Notes under the pieces: model-generated
Database searches by the model: none
The model's input: the letters and a program-made list of their open reading frames with translations, nothing else
What the model was told of the DNA's origin: nothing
In this document: piece by piece, positions 11,723 to 24,949 of the stretch
Layout of the letters: each line of letters begins with the position of its first letter
How positions within the stretch are numbered: position 1 is the first letter of the stretch
DNA from: Balamuthia mandrillaris
Lineage: Eukaryota
Length of the DNA stretch: 64,000 nucleotides
NCBI GenBank assembly: GCA_031835245.2
Contig: JAVKOQ020000057.1
Coordinates: 62,001 to 126,000, forward strand
Direction: 5' to 3'
Made by a program: the position numbers and the translations under genes

Positions 11723-13066
11723 ATGAAGAGACAGACGAGTTCAACGCTTTGGTCCCTCTCGCTGCCACTTTGCGTTCTGGCGTTGCTCTGCCTTCCTGCA
11801 CTCTCCAGCGCCTCATGGTTCCGACTGCAGAGCGAGAGGGAGGAAAAGGGCGGAGATCTGCCCTTTGAGGACCGATGCGAGACGGAGAAGTGGATGGCGA
11901 AGGAGGAGGCCCGAATGGGACTGATGGAGCGCTCGATGATGCCGTCGTCCTTGTCACCCTCAATGATGAACTCAACCTCCAGAGCTCTCTTCGAGGAGTT
12001 GAAGGCTCGGATAGAGGCCCACAGCAACAACCATCTCTCACACAAGAGACAGCGACAGGACGACGACGACGACGACGACGACGGCGGCAACGCGGAGCAA
12101 CTGCTTGCTTCGCTTCCCGAGATCTATGTCCCTCTCTCCTATCACATCATGAAACGAGAGGACGGTTCCGGCGACATTCCAAACCAATGGGTCTTTGACC
12201 AGACGGACGCCCTCAACGAGGCCTTCAAGGACCTCAACATCCACTTTTCCACGAGCAGCATTGACCGATGGAGCAACGACGTTTGGGCCAAGTGCGACTT
12301 TGACGACCCGACCTTTGAAGACATGACCGAAAGGATATCCGTGAACCCTGGGCGACACGTCCAAATCTACGCTTGCAGAGAGAAAGGAGTTTTGGGAGGA
12401 GCGTTCCTACCGCAGTCCTTCGGCGGCAACGAGATAGACCCCCGATTTGGGCTCTATGTTCACTCTCACTCTCTTCCAGGCGGCTGCAAAGGACGATACA
12501 ACGAAGGAGACACCGTCATTCATGAGATGGGACATTACTTTGGCTTGCAGCACACCTTCTACAAGGATGGAGAGTGCGACAGGGAGGGAGATGGCATCTC
12601 GGATACTCCTACCGAGAAAGGACCTCATTATGGACCTTGTCCTGGTGGTATGTGCCTTTTCTGTTAGCCTTTATAACCTTTTTCTCTGCTTGCTTGCTTG
12701 CGTTCTTCTTATTCCTTCTTCTCGTTCTTATTCTTAACCATCTTGTTCTTCGCAGGACCCGGACCCAATTGGGACAGCTGTCCTCAAAAGGGATACGATC
12801 CCGTCGATAACTTTATGAACTACTCTGACGATGTCTGCCTCAACCGCTTTACCACGGAGCAAAAGGCCTTCATGCTGCTGACTTTGATGCAGGCCAAACG
12901 ACGGCTTCTGTTGAACAGAGCGCCTGTGCCTCAGGCAGCCAAGAGCTTTCCCGACATCGATCCAAACTTTGCAGATCCTTGCAGTGATGTGAACGACAGC
13001 GGTGGAGATTCCATCCTTCGTCCTCATTCTCTGTTGACGACCCTGTTGTACCTTTTGTTTGCCTAA
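11723..13066 (+). CDS. Secreted M43 (pappalysin/ulilysin-like) zinc metalloprotease, possibly GPI-anchored
   Basis: Signal peptide, RC cysteine-switch-like motif, HEMGHYFGLQHTF, DGISDTP, Met-turn NFMNYS, hydrophobic C-terminus; one intron at about 12648-12755. Confidence 0.92.
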
Positions 13067-13534
13067 AACGAGTTTTTGTTGCGCCACTTCTCTCTTGCTT
13101 TCATTCTCCCTCTTACATTGTGAATATTCATGTTTCTATATGCGGCATTAAAATAGCTAAGCGATGCCCTTGTTTTATGTGGTCGTGTTGTTTCTCTTCC
13201 GCCTTATTTCTTTTTTAAAAAAATTGTTGAAACACGAAGTGGGGATCGATACCTTCATCTCCCCCATGGCTGGCAAGCGCTTCCTCACATTTGCTTCTCG
13301 GGTGGTGTTTGTTTGGACGATTTTTGATCCAATCCGTTCGCATCTGATCGAAAATTTTCTCGGAAAAAATTGACAAAAGGACACTAACAAGACAATATTT
13401 CTGTAGACACTGTCCAAAACGGTCATACCATGAGCCCCTCAACACAACGAGACATTTGTTGAACTCCTTGGGTTCCTTTTTTTCAGCAGGTTCAACAAAT
13501 ATTTTTACTAAGCTAAAAAAGAGAAAGAAGGGAG

Positions 13535-15564
13535 ATGGAGTGCTGGGAGGCTGTTCTTTCGCCGGTCTCACACGATGAGGTAACGAAACTGCCTGTGCCT
13601 CATCCAACTGCCGCCCCTGCAGAAGGTACGCCTTGCTGTATTTTTTATTCTCCACCTTTCCGTGTGTGTCAATGTTGTCTTGACCTTGGGATTTATCAAA
13701 CAAGGTTTGCCTGTTTGGTCCAAGTTGCCCACCATAACGCTGTCCAGCAAGCAAGCGACGTGCTACTTGGGGCGTGGCACCCTAACGGGCTTGAAAGACA
13801 CGCGCCTCAGCAGGAAGCAAGTCAAACTCACGTTGGACCCTTCCACCGGCTTCATCCATGCCGCTAGTGTACTTTCTTCTCTCATTCTCTTCTCTTCCTC
13901 CCATCTTTTCTCCTCTCTCGTTCGTTTGGTCTTCTTCTTCTTCTCTCCTTGCTCTTCTCTCTTTACCAAAACTATTTTTGTGGTTAAATAATAGGAAGGT
14001 CTTAATCCGAGCAGCGTGCACTGCAAGGACCAGATGTCCGCTCTTGAAGTCAAGAGAGGCGCGGGTAGTGTGCTCTTACCGGACGGAGCTATCCTTTCCT
14101 TGCTTCCTGGTCTTTACGGCTATCGATTGACTCTCACTAAACGCTCCACTCCTTCCTCCTCTTCCTCTCAGCCTTCTTCTCCTTCGTCTGGTTCTTCTTC
14201 TTCAAACGCTTCGGCTGCACAAACTGGTTGGTTGAAGAAACGAAAGAGGGCTTCTTTGGAGCCAAGTACCTCCACGACGAATGGCTCGCGAAGTGACAAT
14301 GACGCAGATGAAGAAGCAGAAGACAAACCAGCCAAAGAAGAGAAGCGAAGAAGATCTGCTGACTCGGCAGTAGTGCCTTCGCAACGTCAAGAAGCAGCAA
14401 TAACAGACATAACAATAGAAGCAGAAACGATAGATGCCCAAGAAAAGGAAAAGAAACAAGAAAACGGAGACCCAGACGCTGAGCTGGACGAGCGTACGGT
14501 GGAAGAAAAGGTTCACGCAATAACAGAGGTTCTTCCTGACATACCAAAGACAAGGATTCGAACCGCATTGGAGAACTTGAAGTTTAACGTGGTCAACACC
14601 ATCGAATGGCTGCTTGCGAACGCTTCGCTGACTACCGCTGAATCTTCTCCTTCTGCCTCTCGGTTACAAACCTCTTTCTCTTCTCCGGCAACGACTCCTT
14701 CAACGCCTCGTTCTTCTTCTTCCTTTTCTTCAGTTTCAGCTAGCTCTTTTGCCTCTGCTTCTTCCTCCTCTTCTTCTGCTACGAACACTTCTTCAACGGT
14801 GAAACCAGCGGATGACGGAGGAGAAGATGGAGTATTGGCGCAAGAGTTACAAAAGGCGTACGACGCTGCAGCGGAAAAAGAAGCAGCCCTAAAAAGAGCG
14901 GAGGAGGAGGCCAAATCGCAGTCGATCATCATTGAAATGCTCATGAAAGAAAAGAAAGATATGGAAGAGAAGAGGTAAACTCGTTATTATTTCCTGTGAA
15001 TTGTTTTCAATACTAACTCTGAATTGTCTTAAGTCGGGAACTTCAAGGGATTCAAATAGAATTAGAAAAGTTATACTTACCCGGAGAGCGCGAAGCACTC
15101 AAAGGAGATGCCATGAAGATCTTCACTCTATTACCGCATCGCCAGTTTGAAAGCACTGCTGAACAATATCACTTTCGGTACCGTGCCTTTTTTTTTTGTC
15201 TTCTTGTCCTTGGCCTTATCGATCCTTTTGTTGTCGTTCTTAACAGGATTGCAGAGAGTCAGTTCTTTCGGTTGTGTGAATCCGGTGGAAGCGGCTTCAC
15301 CGTGACGAAAGTGGAGTACGTGGTCAATCCACCGTTGGTTCGTGCCTTTGAAAAGAAGCGTTTGGAGTTGGCCGAGCACATGGAATGGGAGGAAAGCAAG
15401 CCGCTGCTTTGCTTCCATGGCACTGCAGAATCCAACATCAGCAATATCATCAAGCATAACTTTGATTTCTCCAAAATTGGTACCTTCATCTCTTTTTCTA
15501 CTACAGCTATGCCGTTTCTCTTTCTCTTTCTCTTTCTCTTTCTCTTTCTCTTTCTCTTTCTCTT

Positions 15565-15615
<51 letters not shown>

Positions 15616-15616
15616 T

Positions 15617-15703
<87 letters not shown>

Positions 15704-16110
15704 CCTCCTTCTCTCTCCCCTGATTTTGTTTAGTTTTCTAACAACAACCAACAGGAGCATCAACAGGAAATATGGGATTTTATGGCAAAGGCATCTACTT
15801 TAGCGAGTACAGCAGCTATTCCATGCCCTACGTTCGCGGTGGCAACAAACTTTTGTTATGCAAAGTATTAGTGGGGCGCGCTTGCAAGCTATCACGAGTG
15901 GAGACGGGAGTTCCCTGCCGAGAGGGATTTGACTCACACACATCTCCTTGTGGTTCGTCTTGCTCTGTTCCTCTTTGTGTTTGGTCTTTGTGCTGACTTT
16001 TGTGTTTCCTTTTAAAAGGAAAGGAAATTGTGGTATTCTCTCCAGGACAGATACTCCCCATCTATGTCATTCATTATACTGCCAAACGAGGCACTTCTTT
16101 CTTTGGTTGA
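13535..16110 (+). CDS. FHA (PNKP/APTX/APLF-type) - CUE - PARP catalytic domain ADP-ribosyltransferase (multi-exon)
   Basis: LGRGTLTGLKDTRLSRKQV...GLNPS (FHA); EVLPDIPKTRIRTALENLKFNVVNTIEWLL (CUE); FHGT...FYGKGIYFS...LLLCKVLVG...KEIVVFSPGQILPIYVIHY (PARP). Confidence 0.8.
15515..15705. repeat. (TTTCTC)n intronic microsatellite
   Basis: Directly visible. Confidence 0.9.
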
Positions 16111-16327
16111 AATATATATTTCTTGTCGTTTCGTTTTACAATCTTGTTGTTTCTTTCTTTCCACAAACTTGGGTTGCGATAGTAGTTCTAGTTGGAAGCA
16201 AAGTCAAGCACCCTTCCGAACAAAACTTCCAGAAGACCACTCCCTCCTCCTTTGTTGCTGTCGTTGAAGTTCAACGCTTTATTTCATTGCACACAATAAG
16301 TGAATTAAAAAAAAAAAAGAAAGGCAA

Positions 16328-17881
16328 ATGAGCGAGAACGACGATGCGGTTGTTGAGGAGCTCCCCGAGGAGCTCCTCAGCTTCATACTCACCGAGCTGC
16401 TGCCAGAGGGCCTGGCTGGGCTGCTCTCCCAAGTTTGCCGTCGCTGGCGGGAGTGCATCCCGCCGGACAGAAGGAACCGCCTCGGAGCAAGAACCATTCT
16501 TGCCCTTGCGCCAAACACCAACGAAGCGGACACGCTCTGGGAGTGGGCAACGGGGTGCGGGTTGTTGGCCGTTCCTTCAACGAAGCTCTTCCTGGTGGCG
16601 GCAGCCACAGGGCGTGTGCACGTGCTGCAAGCTCTGGCCCATGACCTGCGTTGGTACCAGCTTGGAAAGGTGAAGCGCTTGGGAGAAGAAGCAGCAAAAG
16701 CGGGGCACTTGCACGTCCTTCAGTGGCTCCACCAACACTTGGAAAGCTGGCAAATAGGCAGCTTCGAGTTCCGAGTGCTTGAAACTGCGGCTTTTGTCGG
16801 GCACACTCACATTCTGCAATGGATGGCCAGCATTCCACTGAAAGGCAGTGTGCTCAAGGATGTGTTCTGCTCCTCTTGCGTGGCTGCCGCAGCTCGTGGT
16901 GGACAGTTGGAAACGTTGAAGTGGATGAAGCACGAGATCGAAGCAAGGAATGCTGCTGCTGTTCATGCCCTTGCCCCAGATGACGGAGAAGACAGCACCG
17001 AAAACGAACAGAATCTGCGGCACCTGGATTTGATACGCCCATTCTGGTTTGCTGCGGAAGGGGGTCACTTTCACTTGCTGAGATGGGTTGTGGGGGAGCT
17101 TGGCTATAATCCTGCTGCCAGCATGGCAGAAGGATATCCGCTTTTTGCCGCAGCAGCAGGAGGAGGCAGGGTGGACATTTTGGAGTGGTTGCAGGACAAG
17201 CTTGGCCTTGTCTTCGACGGGAACAGGCAAGCCTGCGCCGCAGCTGCCGGTGGGGGCCACCTGGAGGCTTTGCAATGGCTGGTGGCCCGTGGGGGCAAGT
17301 TGGACAGGGTGGTCTCCGCCCGGGCTGCCGCAGGAGGGCAGCTTCACGTCCTGCAATGGCTGTTTGCTGTGGGATGTCCCTGGGAGGACAGCGCAGTGGG
17401 TGGGGTGGCAGAGGGCGGGCACATCGAGGTGCTGCGTTGGTTGGTGCAAGAGCGAGGAGCAGAGGCCCTGGAGAATGCCTGTCTCTACGGGGGCATTTGT
17501 ATGAGAGCGGCCAGCAAGGGACATCTGGAGATGCTCAAGTTCCTTCGCATGGAGGTGACTCCGCCATTTCATTGGGACACCGCAACGAGCGAAGCTGCTG
17601 TGAAGGCTCCAAAAAACAGGATGGCCATGTTGCGTTGGATGCGGGAGGAGGCGCAGCCGCCCTGTAGGTGGGGAAGTGTGACAAGCCAGACGGCGGCCGA
17701 GCTTGGGCGGTGGAAGTTGTTGCATTGGATGTGCATGGAGGCACAGCCGCCTTGTCCGGCCAACGGGCATACGCTACAGGAGCTGCGTGCCCACCTGAAG
17801 CAAGAGGAGATGAGGAGCAGGGTCTTGCATACTTCATCCATCCAAGCGGATACCAGAGCTAAAGAACCAAACCATGTTTGA
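16328..17881 (+). CDS. Intronless F-box-like + ankyrin repeat protein (CPW-type repeats common in amoebae and giant viruses)
   Basis: ELPEELLSFIL...VCRRWR (F-box); repeated AAxGGHLxxLxWL...GCPW units. Confidence 0.85.
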   Translation: MSENDDAVVEELPEELLSFILTELLPEGLAGLLSQVCRRWRECIPPDRRNRLGARTILALAPNTNEADTLWEWATGCGLLAVPSTKLFLVAAATGRVHVLQALAHDLRWYQLGKVKRLGEEAAKAGHLHVLQWLHQHLESWQIGSFEFRVLETAAFVGHTHILQWMASIPLKGSVLKDVFCSSCVAAAARGGQLETLKWMKHEIEARNAAAVHALAPDDGEDSTENEQNLRHLDLIRPFWFAAEGGHFHLLRWVVGELGYNPAASMAEGYPLFAAAAGGGRVDILEWLQDKLGLVFDGNRQACAAAAGGGHLEALQWLVARGGKLDRVVSARAAAGGQLHVLQWLFAVGCPWEDSAVGGVAEGGHIEVLRWLVQERGAEALENACLYGGICMRAASKGHLEMLKFLRMEVTPPFHWDTATSEAAVKAPKNRMAMLRWMREEAQPPCRWGSVTSQTAAELGRWKLLHWMCMEAQPPCPANGHTLQELRAHLKQEEMRSRVLHTSSIQADTRAKEPNHV

Positions 17882-18219
17882 CTTTTTTTTTTTCGCATGG
17901 TGTTCGCATTTCTCGGGAAGCGGACCGTCTTGCCAACGGGTCCGTTGCTATCTAGTTCCTTTCCCGTCAGAGAACACGAGGAAAGCAACTGCGAAATGCA
18001 GGTCTACCCATTCTATTTTGTGTCGAGTTTATTTGAACTTTAGTAATCGTTCATTATTAACGCTATGCCCAAATACCCTATTGGCGGACGCCATTCTTCA
18101 ATACGTTTGTATTGATGCTAGGGGCAACCAAAGCCTCAAGGAAGATCCGTTTTTTATCGGTTAGAGTTTTTTTAACCGGCTTGAAAGCAGTGAACAAAAA
18201 AAAAAAAACCACACACAGC

Positions 18220-18419
18220 ATGGTAGCGCTGAGAGTGTTGTTGGGGTTATGCTTGTTGTTGAGCTTCTCTCAGCTGGGCAACGCACAGGGAACGTGCGTT
18301 AAATGGAGTGGCTTCCCACTCGTGTGCCAAGAGTTTGGTTTGAAACGTGCGTACCGTTTTTTTTTCCGCCTCTATGTCTTTTTGAACAAGAGTAACGCTA
18401 TTCCGCCAACACACTTCTT

Positions 18420-18460
<41 letters not shown>

Positions 18461-19722
18461 TTTCCAATGTAGCTGGGGACTGGGTTTACGTTCCCTACTG
18501 GCTCAACAACGGGTTAGAAGCGGAGCAACTTGTGAATGGGATGGATGACATGGAAGCCATCGCAGTGGATAGGAGCACCTCCGCACAGCTGCTGGCTCCC
18601 GACTTGGGCATTTGCGCGGATGAAGGCATGCAAATGGTGTGCATGGGCTATTTGAGGCCCTGTGTCATGGTGAACGGCCAACCCGTGGCCATCCCTCAAC
18701 AAACATGTCGCTCCGTTTGTCAGCATTTTGGTAGCTCCTCTCTCCCTCTTTGTTCCGCTTTCCCTTTCTCTTACTCTCCATCCCCCAGTGGACAAATGCA
18801 CGGAAATAGCAACAGCTATAAACTTACCACCAGGAGTTGGCCTCATGCTTCCCAAGAACCAAACGTGGGCCACTTGGTCTTGTGATATGCCGGACGACGC
18901 TCCTCTCAACATCGCCTTCTTCGAAGCCGAGAATTACACCTTCACCGCTCCGCTAGCTCTGAACACTTCGCAGGAGGTCAGCGGGGTGGCTCAATGTTTG
19001 GCCAACGAGAGACAGAAAGGTTTGGGGACCACCTGCGAGGAACCACTTGTGAAGAACGAGGACAGCCAGTGCGTGTTTGAATGTCCGCTTCCCTCCTTGA
19101 CGGAAAAGCAGTATGACACTTTGGAGATAATGCAAGCTGTATTTGGCTGGCTCTCTTGGGTTTGTCCACTCCTTTCTTCTTCTTCTTCTTCTCCTTCTCC
19201 TTCTCCTTCTCCTTCTCCTTCTCCTTCTCCTTCTCCTTCTCCTTCTCCTTCTCCTTCTCCTTCTCCTTCTCCTTCTCCTGCTGATGTTTACCCGTGTTTT
19301 GCTTCTTTAAACGAAAGGGAGGAAGCTTTATCTTGGTAATATCCTATCTCGGTCATCCGCGTCTGCGTGCCTTCCCCTCGAACCTCATCTTGATGACAGC
19401 AGCGAGCGCTCACGTGGCTTCCTTGGCATTCATTCTTCCTACTTTTGTTGGAACTGAGGAGGTTCTATTCTTTCTCTCCGTTCATCTTCACTCTTTCTGT
19501 ACTTGTTCTTCTTCTCCTTTTGTTCGAACCTAACGTCCAACCAAAACAAAAAAAAAAAGGTGTGGTGTGACGGAGGGACGGACTTCCTGCCAAGAATAAC
19601 CATAACACAACAATCAGCGGGAGCAAAACAGAATCCAGCGGATGCAGTGGCCATCGTCTTTGATGTTGACAACCTTCTTGTGAAAGGTCCTTGGTGCAGC
19701 CTTCAAGGTTTGTTCCTCTCTA

Positions 19723-19768
<46 letters not shown>

Positions 19769-20894
19769 ACAGCGGCTAATCATGGTCACGAAATAAGGCG
19801 CCATTTTGCAGTTTGGCTTCTTGTCTGGCACCTTTTGGTGGGCTATCGTTGTATTTAATATCATGTCTGAGGTACTCTTCCTCTTTCGTTTATTTCTGTT
19901 TCTTCTTCATCTTCGTCTCACCATTCTTCTTCTTCTTCATTATTTTCTTTTTCTTTTTCTTCTTTTCATGTACGTTCCTCTTATGTTTTGCTTTCAGGTG
20001 GTGTTACCAGGAATGACTGAAAAGTATCGTCGAGTGAAGCCAATCATATACCACATAGTGGCATGGAGTCTTCCTGCCATCTTTACCATCATTCCACTTG
20101 CCGCTGACCGCATAGCCTTCCCGAATGGAGGCTCCTTGTAAGTTTCTCTAGTTTCTGGCTTTTGCTTTTGTCGTTTCACTCATTCCATAGTGCCCCTTTC
20201 GTTCTAACTATTCGTCCAACATAGTTGTTTCCTTTCGTATGAAGACTCAAATGCCTATCAATTGGCCTTTTGGTTCATTCCAATCGGCTTGTTGCTGCTG
20301 GCCGGCACCATCTGTTTCATACTCTCTCTCTGCCGCCTCCTCCCAATGTTCTGCAAGACCCAGGAGCGCCGCACCAGAGTAAAGCTTGCCGGCGTCTACA
20401 CCCGCCTCCTGCTCTTCGTGTTGGTGCAGCTCTGCGTCTACCTCTTCATCTTCAGCTACACTGTCGTCACCGAATCCAACAAAGAGCAGATCAATGAGGG
20501 CTATGAGGACTATTACTCCTGCCTCCTCTTCCTCCCTTATCCCTACTATCCGGCGGACAGCTGTTCCTTGGACCTCTCCACCACCAACTACCCGTTGGTT
20601 ATATTGCGAGCCCTTGGATTCTCGGCGTTGGGCTTATCTCTCTTTGTCAACTTCATCTCATTCAACATTCTCAAGTTCTGGAGGGAGATGATAAGAGCGA
20701 TGGCCCCGCAGGAGGGCGCATCCCTAGGGGAATGGCCAAAGAGCGTTATTTCGCGGATGAAGGAAGTGGTGGAGAAGGGAGCGTCGGAAAGCTCAGGCAC
20801 AGGATCCAGCCGACGCTCGGGCAAGAACAGGAAGAACAGCAACACCACCATGGTAATGACCATCAAGAATGAGGAAGAAGAGGACGAGATCTAA
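18220..20894 (+). CDS. Frizzled/Smoothened-like GPCR (multi-exon)
   Basis: Signal peptide, Cys-rich CRD (CMGYLRPC, TCRSVC), ECPLP, RAFPSNLI, FWWAIVVFN, YHIVAWSLP, seven hydrophobic segments. Confidence 0.85.
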
Positions 20895-21427
20895 AGTTTT
20901 GTTTTGTTTTATTTTTTGTTTTGTTTTTTTGTTTTTTGTTTTTTTGCATTTGTATTTTATCTTACTATGTTTTAACGAGCATGCATACCGTGTACATTGA
21001 ATAACAGTTTTGTTCATCGCTTCAACAAACAGACGTCCATCCCTGAGAAAGGCTGTTGCCACAACAGACCCATGACGACATGATAATCGATCGGGAGAAA
21101 TTCCAGATCGATAAATCTATGAAAGAAAAGATTACGTCATCCGATCGAAATATCGGGCGAGGGTCCCCTCTCATTCACAAAATTGCGGTAACGCTAATTA
21201 TAAAACTAAATTGCATTAAAGACGAAAAAAAAAGAACGGGCTGACAAACAGGGGACCAAAAAAAAACAAGAGATACCAGCAATCACGCTACAATCAAATC
21301 CGGTGACTCTGGTCAGGTGTAGCTTTGTTACCACACGATCACACCTTGTTTCGAAGTGCACCCCTTTTGGGCAGCTGCCACAAAACAACAAAATAATAGC
21401 GTCTCTAGTACGCTTACAAAAAAATAT

Positions 21428-23160
21428 ATGAGTCATCACCATCACTCTCACCTGCTTCAACATTCCTCGTCGTCAGGAGGAGGGGCGATGGTTTCTTCTT
21501 ACTCCCCTCAGCAGCCGCAACAACAAAGGATTACTTTGGACCAGGACGGCGTTCTGCAAAGGCTGACAGAGTTTCCTGACCACAACCATCATTCCTCCCA
21601 TCACCAACACGTGCAGCAGCAGGACTACTCCCGCAAAGAGAAAAGCACCCGTGACTATGAATCCGAAAGCGCGGCCGTTATGATCCGGTCCTTGAGGAAA
21701 GATAACTCTGGTAAACTTCTTTTCTTCGTATTTTTATCTATTTTGAAATTACCACTTAAACTAATTTCACTATGGCGTGTATAGACCATTCCGTTGCTCC
21801 GCTGTCACTTCCAGGTGTTTCTCCCGCTGCTGGTGGTCTTCCTTTTGCCTCCTCCACCTCTGCTTCGTCTGCTTTGTCCTCACGTTTACCGTCAAACAAC
21901 AACCATTTCGCCTCCACCAACGTCCCTGCTTCCTTCTCCTATTCCTCCAAAATGACTCCTGGTCCAACTTTTGCAATGACTTCGCCTCCTGCTTCTGCTC
22001 CTTCTTCTGTTCCCTCTGCTGCTTCTCTTTATGGCAGTTTCAGACAGGCTCCTCCGGAAGAGACAAACGCGTCAGACAGCCTCTTTGCCGATACCCTTCC
22101 TCATTTTCCTTCGCCTTCTTCTCAACAACAATATGCCCACCCTGCTCCTCCTCATTATTCATCTTCCATTTCGTCTTCCCTTCTTTCACCGTTGCATCAC
22201 CATGCTTCTCCTCACGCTTCTACTTCTGCTTCCACCTCTCCATCTCCTTCGTTTTTCACTCCCATCCCGCATCCCTCTGCTTCCCCATTCACTCCCGAAG
22301 TAACAAACAGCAAACAGCAACGAGCTTCAAGCCCTCATTCTGCTTCCTCTTCTCCGTCTGCTTCTGCCAACAACAATAACAACAATAATAAAAGCGGGAA
22401 TTATAGAACCTCAGAACAACGACTGAAGCATAACGCCATCGAAAGGAAACGAAAACGCGAAATGAAGATCATGTTAGAGCAGTTGAAAGAGATGGTCCCA
22501 ACTTCAAACGGTTTAAAAGATACTCAACTCTCCATTTTGAAAAATACCGTGGACCATATGGTGCAGCTCAAAAGAGAGATGGAACACCTTTCCAGAAGAA
22601 ACGAGCTCCTCAAATCGCTTTTGAGAGAACACAACATCCCTGTTCCTTTTACAGAAGAAGCAGAGAGAGAAGGAGAAAGAGAAGGAGAAAGTGAAGGAGA
22701 AAGAAGAAGGCAAACAAGAATGATCAAACAGGAAAAAGCGGGCGAAGTAGACGATGAAGAAAATGATGAGAAGAAGAAGCAAAAGATAGGACGAACGAAG
22801 AATACCAACAATCCGAGTTTCGATGAAGATGACAAAGACGAAAGCAACAACAACGACAAAAGAAAGAAAGAAAGAGCCTTTACGTACAACGAAAACTCTG
22901 CGTTTTCTTCACGTCCGGTGTTCCACTCCCCTCTTTCCAACGATTCTCATTTTGTGCCTTCTTTCAAACCAGGAAGAGACCTACAATCTCCAACAGATGC
23001 TGTCATGCTCCATTCCTCCTTCTCTCCGATAGACCAATCTTCTTCTGCATTTACTTATACTTGTCCTCCCCCTCCTCTTCATCCTTACGCATCCCCGTCA
23101 TCTGCTGTATCTTCATTCCAGTCTTCTTCCGCTTCATCCTCTTCTTTTGGTCGCCAGTAA
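21428..23160 (+). CDS. bHLH-leucine zipper transcription factor (Max/Mlx/Myc-like)
   Basis: RLKHNAIERKRK...LEQLKEMVP...TQLSILKNTVDHMVQL followed by a heptad Leu zipper; one intron at about 21711-21784. Confidence 0.85.
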
Positions 23161-23215
23161 AAATTTTGTTTTTATGATTTGTTTTTAGTTTGTTTGTGAG
23201 AGGACAGAGAAGAAA

Positions 23216-24109
23216 CTAACGAAGAGCATAAGTGCGAACGGGCATCATTCCTGCTGGAAAGTCTTGTTGCTCTTCTTCTTTTAGCAGCTCTAAGTTGCTT
23301 TGCTTGAATAACTCTTTCAAGTATTCGTCTGATCTGTTGTTAGTAGTTGTTGTTGACGTAAGAATACATGAAAGCGAAAATGGAATGTTTCTAGCAATGA
23401 ACAAGAACCTTGTAATGCTGCTGTCTTGTGTATCCACATAGAAGCCTCTCTTTCGTATGAGATTATCTTTCACTATTAGTATTCCACCTTCTCTTAAACC
23501 TGCTTTGCATCGCTTGAAAAAGGAAACCAAATGCTCTGATGTTTTTCGTTTGCTTTGTAAGCAAGGAAGATAGAAACAACAGAGGACATAAACGAACCAT
23601 CCGTCAAATAACCAATCACCCATTGCACCCATATAACATCGTAAAAAGCGGTTTGTGGAGCGAACTCTTGTAACGAACTGTTAAAGTATTCTCCAACTCT
23701 GTTTTGTTTTTTTTTTTCTCGTTCATCAGTAAAAGAAAACAATTCAAAGGTAAGAAGAGAAGAGAGGTGGGAGAAGCTGAGAAATGAGAAGAAGAGAGAA
23801 CCGATGAGACTCGGATTGACAAGGAGACAACAATTCTTTTGCTTTGTTGAGAAAGTCGGCATTGGGCTCAACCAGGTCCACTCGTTCAAAATGCTTTAAC
23901 AGCATATCTTTGGTGATGCGGCCTATTCCTGCTCCACAGTCTTTTTACATACATGCATCACAAAACTATAAGAAGAATGAAGAGACCAAACAAATAAAAT
24001 GAAGAGCGAAGACCGAGAGATCGAGAGAAGAGGACGAAACAAAAAGAAGAAGAAGAAGAAGAAGAACAAGAAGAAGAAGAAGAAGAAGAAGAAGAAGAAG
24101 AAGAAGAAG

Positions 24110-24141
<32 letters not shown>

Positions 24142-24757
24142 GAAGAAGAACAAGAAGAAGAAGAAGAAGAAGAACAAGAAGAACACGATGAAGATAACCT
24201 AGAGCAGCAGAACGTTGGAGCCCAGAAGAGAAGAAGGCCGAAAGAAAGGCCTCAGAGCTGGTAATGTCGATCTCCGACAGAAAGCCAAAGCCGCCCAAAA
24301 CGCCATCCACGGTGGCAGGCGTCTCCTTCCAATATTTCTCTTTTTTGAAACAGAAAAAAAAATGAGAAAAAAAAGAAAAAAGAATAAAGAATAAAGAAAA
24401 GAGAGAAAAAAAATGTATAATACCAGCGCGAGGGTACCACTCCAGTTTCTTTCCTCCTTCCGTGTTTTCGGCGACGGAGATGGCCTCCCAAAGCTCCTCT
24501 TGGTTTTTGTACTGGTTGCCATCCCCATCCTCGCCAACGAAAGCACCCTCCGCACCGGAATCCCCGGCGTGTCGGTACTCCGCCTCGTCTTCCTCGTCGT
24601 CGTCGTCTTCTTCTTCTTGGTCTGTTTGTTGTCGCGCGCGTTTTGTCTCCTTTGTGGGCTCTCCGGTCCTTTCTTCTGCTGCTTCATAGTCATCGTCGCC
24701 GTGGGCTTCTTCTTCGAGAGTGCTTCTCTTGTTGATCGTCGTCTGCTCTTCTTCCAT
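23216..24757 (-). CDS. NTMT1: Alpha N-terminal protein methyltransferase 1 (NTMT1/Tae1), multi-exon
   Basis: YWKETPATVDGVLGGFG, DCGAGIGRITK, YDVIWVQWVIGYLTD, IVKDN, DTQDSSITRS, MPVRTYALR. Confidence 0.92.
24048..24190. repeat. (GAA)n intronic microsatellite
   Basis: Directly visible. Confidence 0.9.
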
Positions 24758-24949
24758 TTTTTTTCTTTTCTTTTTTATTTTTATTGTCATCACGACGACA
24801 TGATATATATGTCGACAATAACATTTAATGACGACACTGAAATGTCGACGTTTAAACTTACCGAGACGACGTGAGATCATGTTACGTGTCGTCATGAGCA
24901 ACACCGAACAAAAGAAAGAAAGATATATATATCTCATCTTACCGGTAAG

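Noticed and set aside
16328..17881. Endogenous giant-virus region
   Set aside because: No viral core genes, and the flanking genes are intron-rich host genes.
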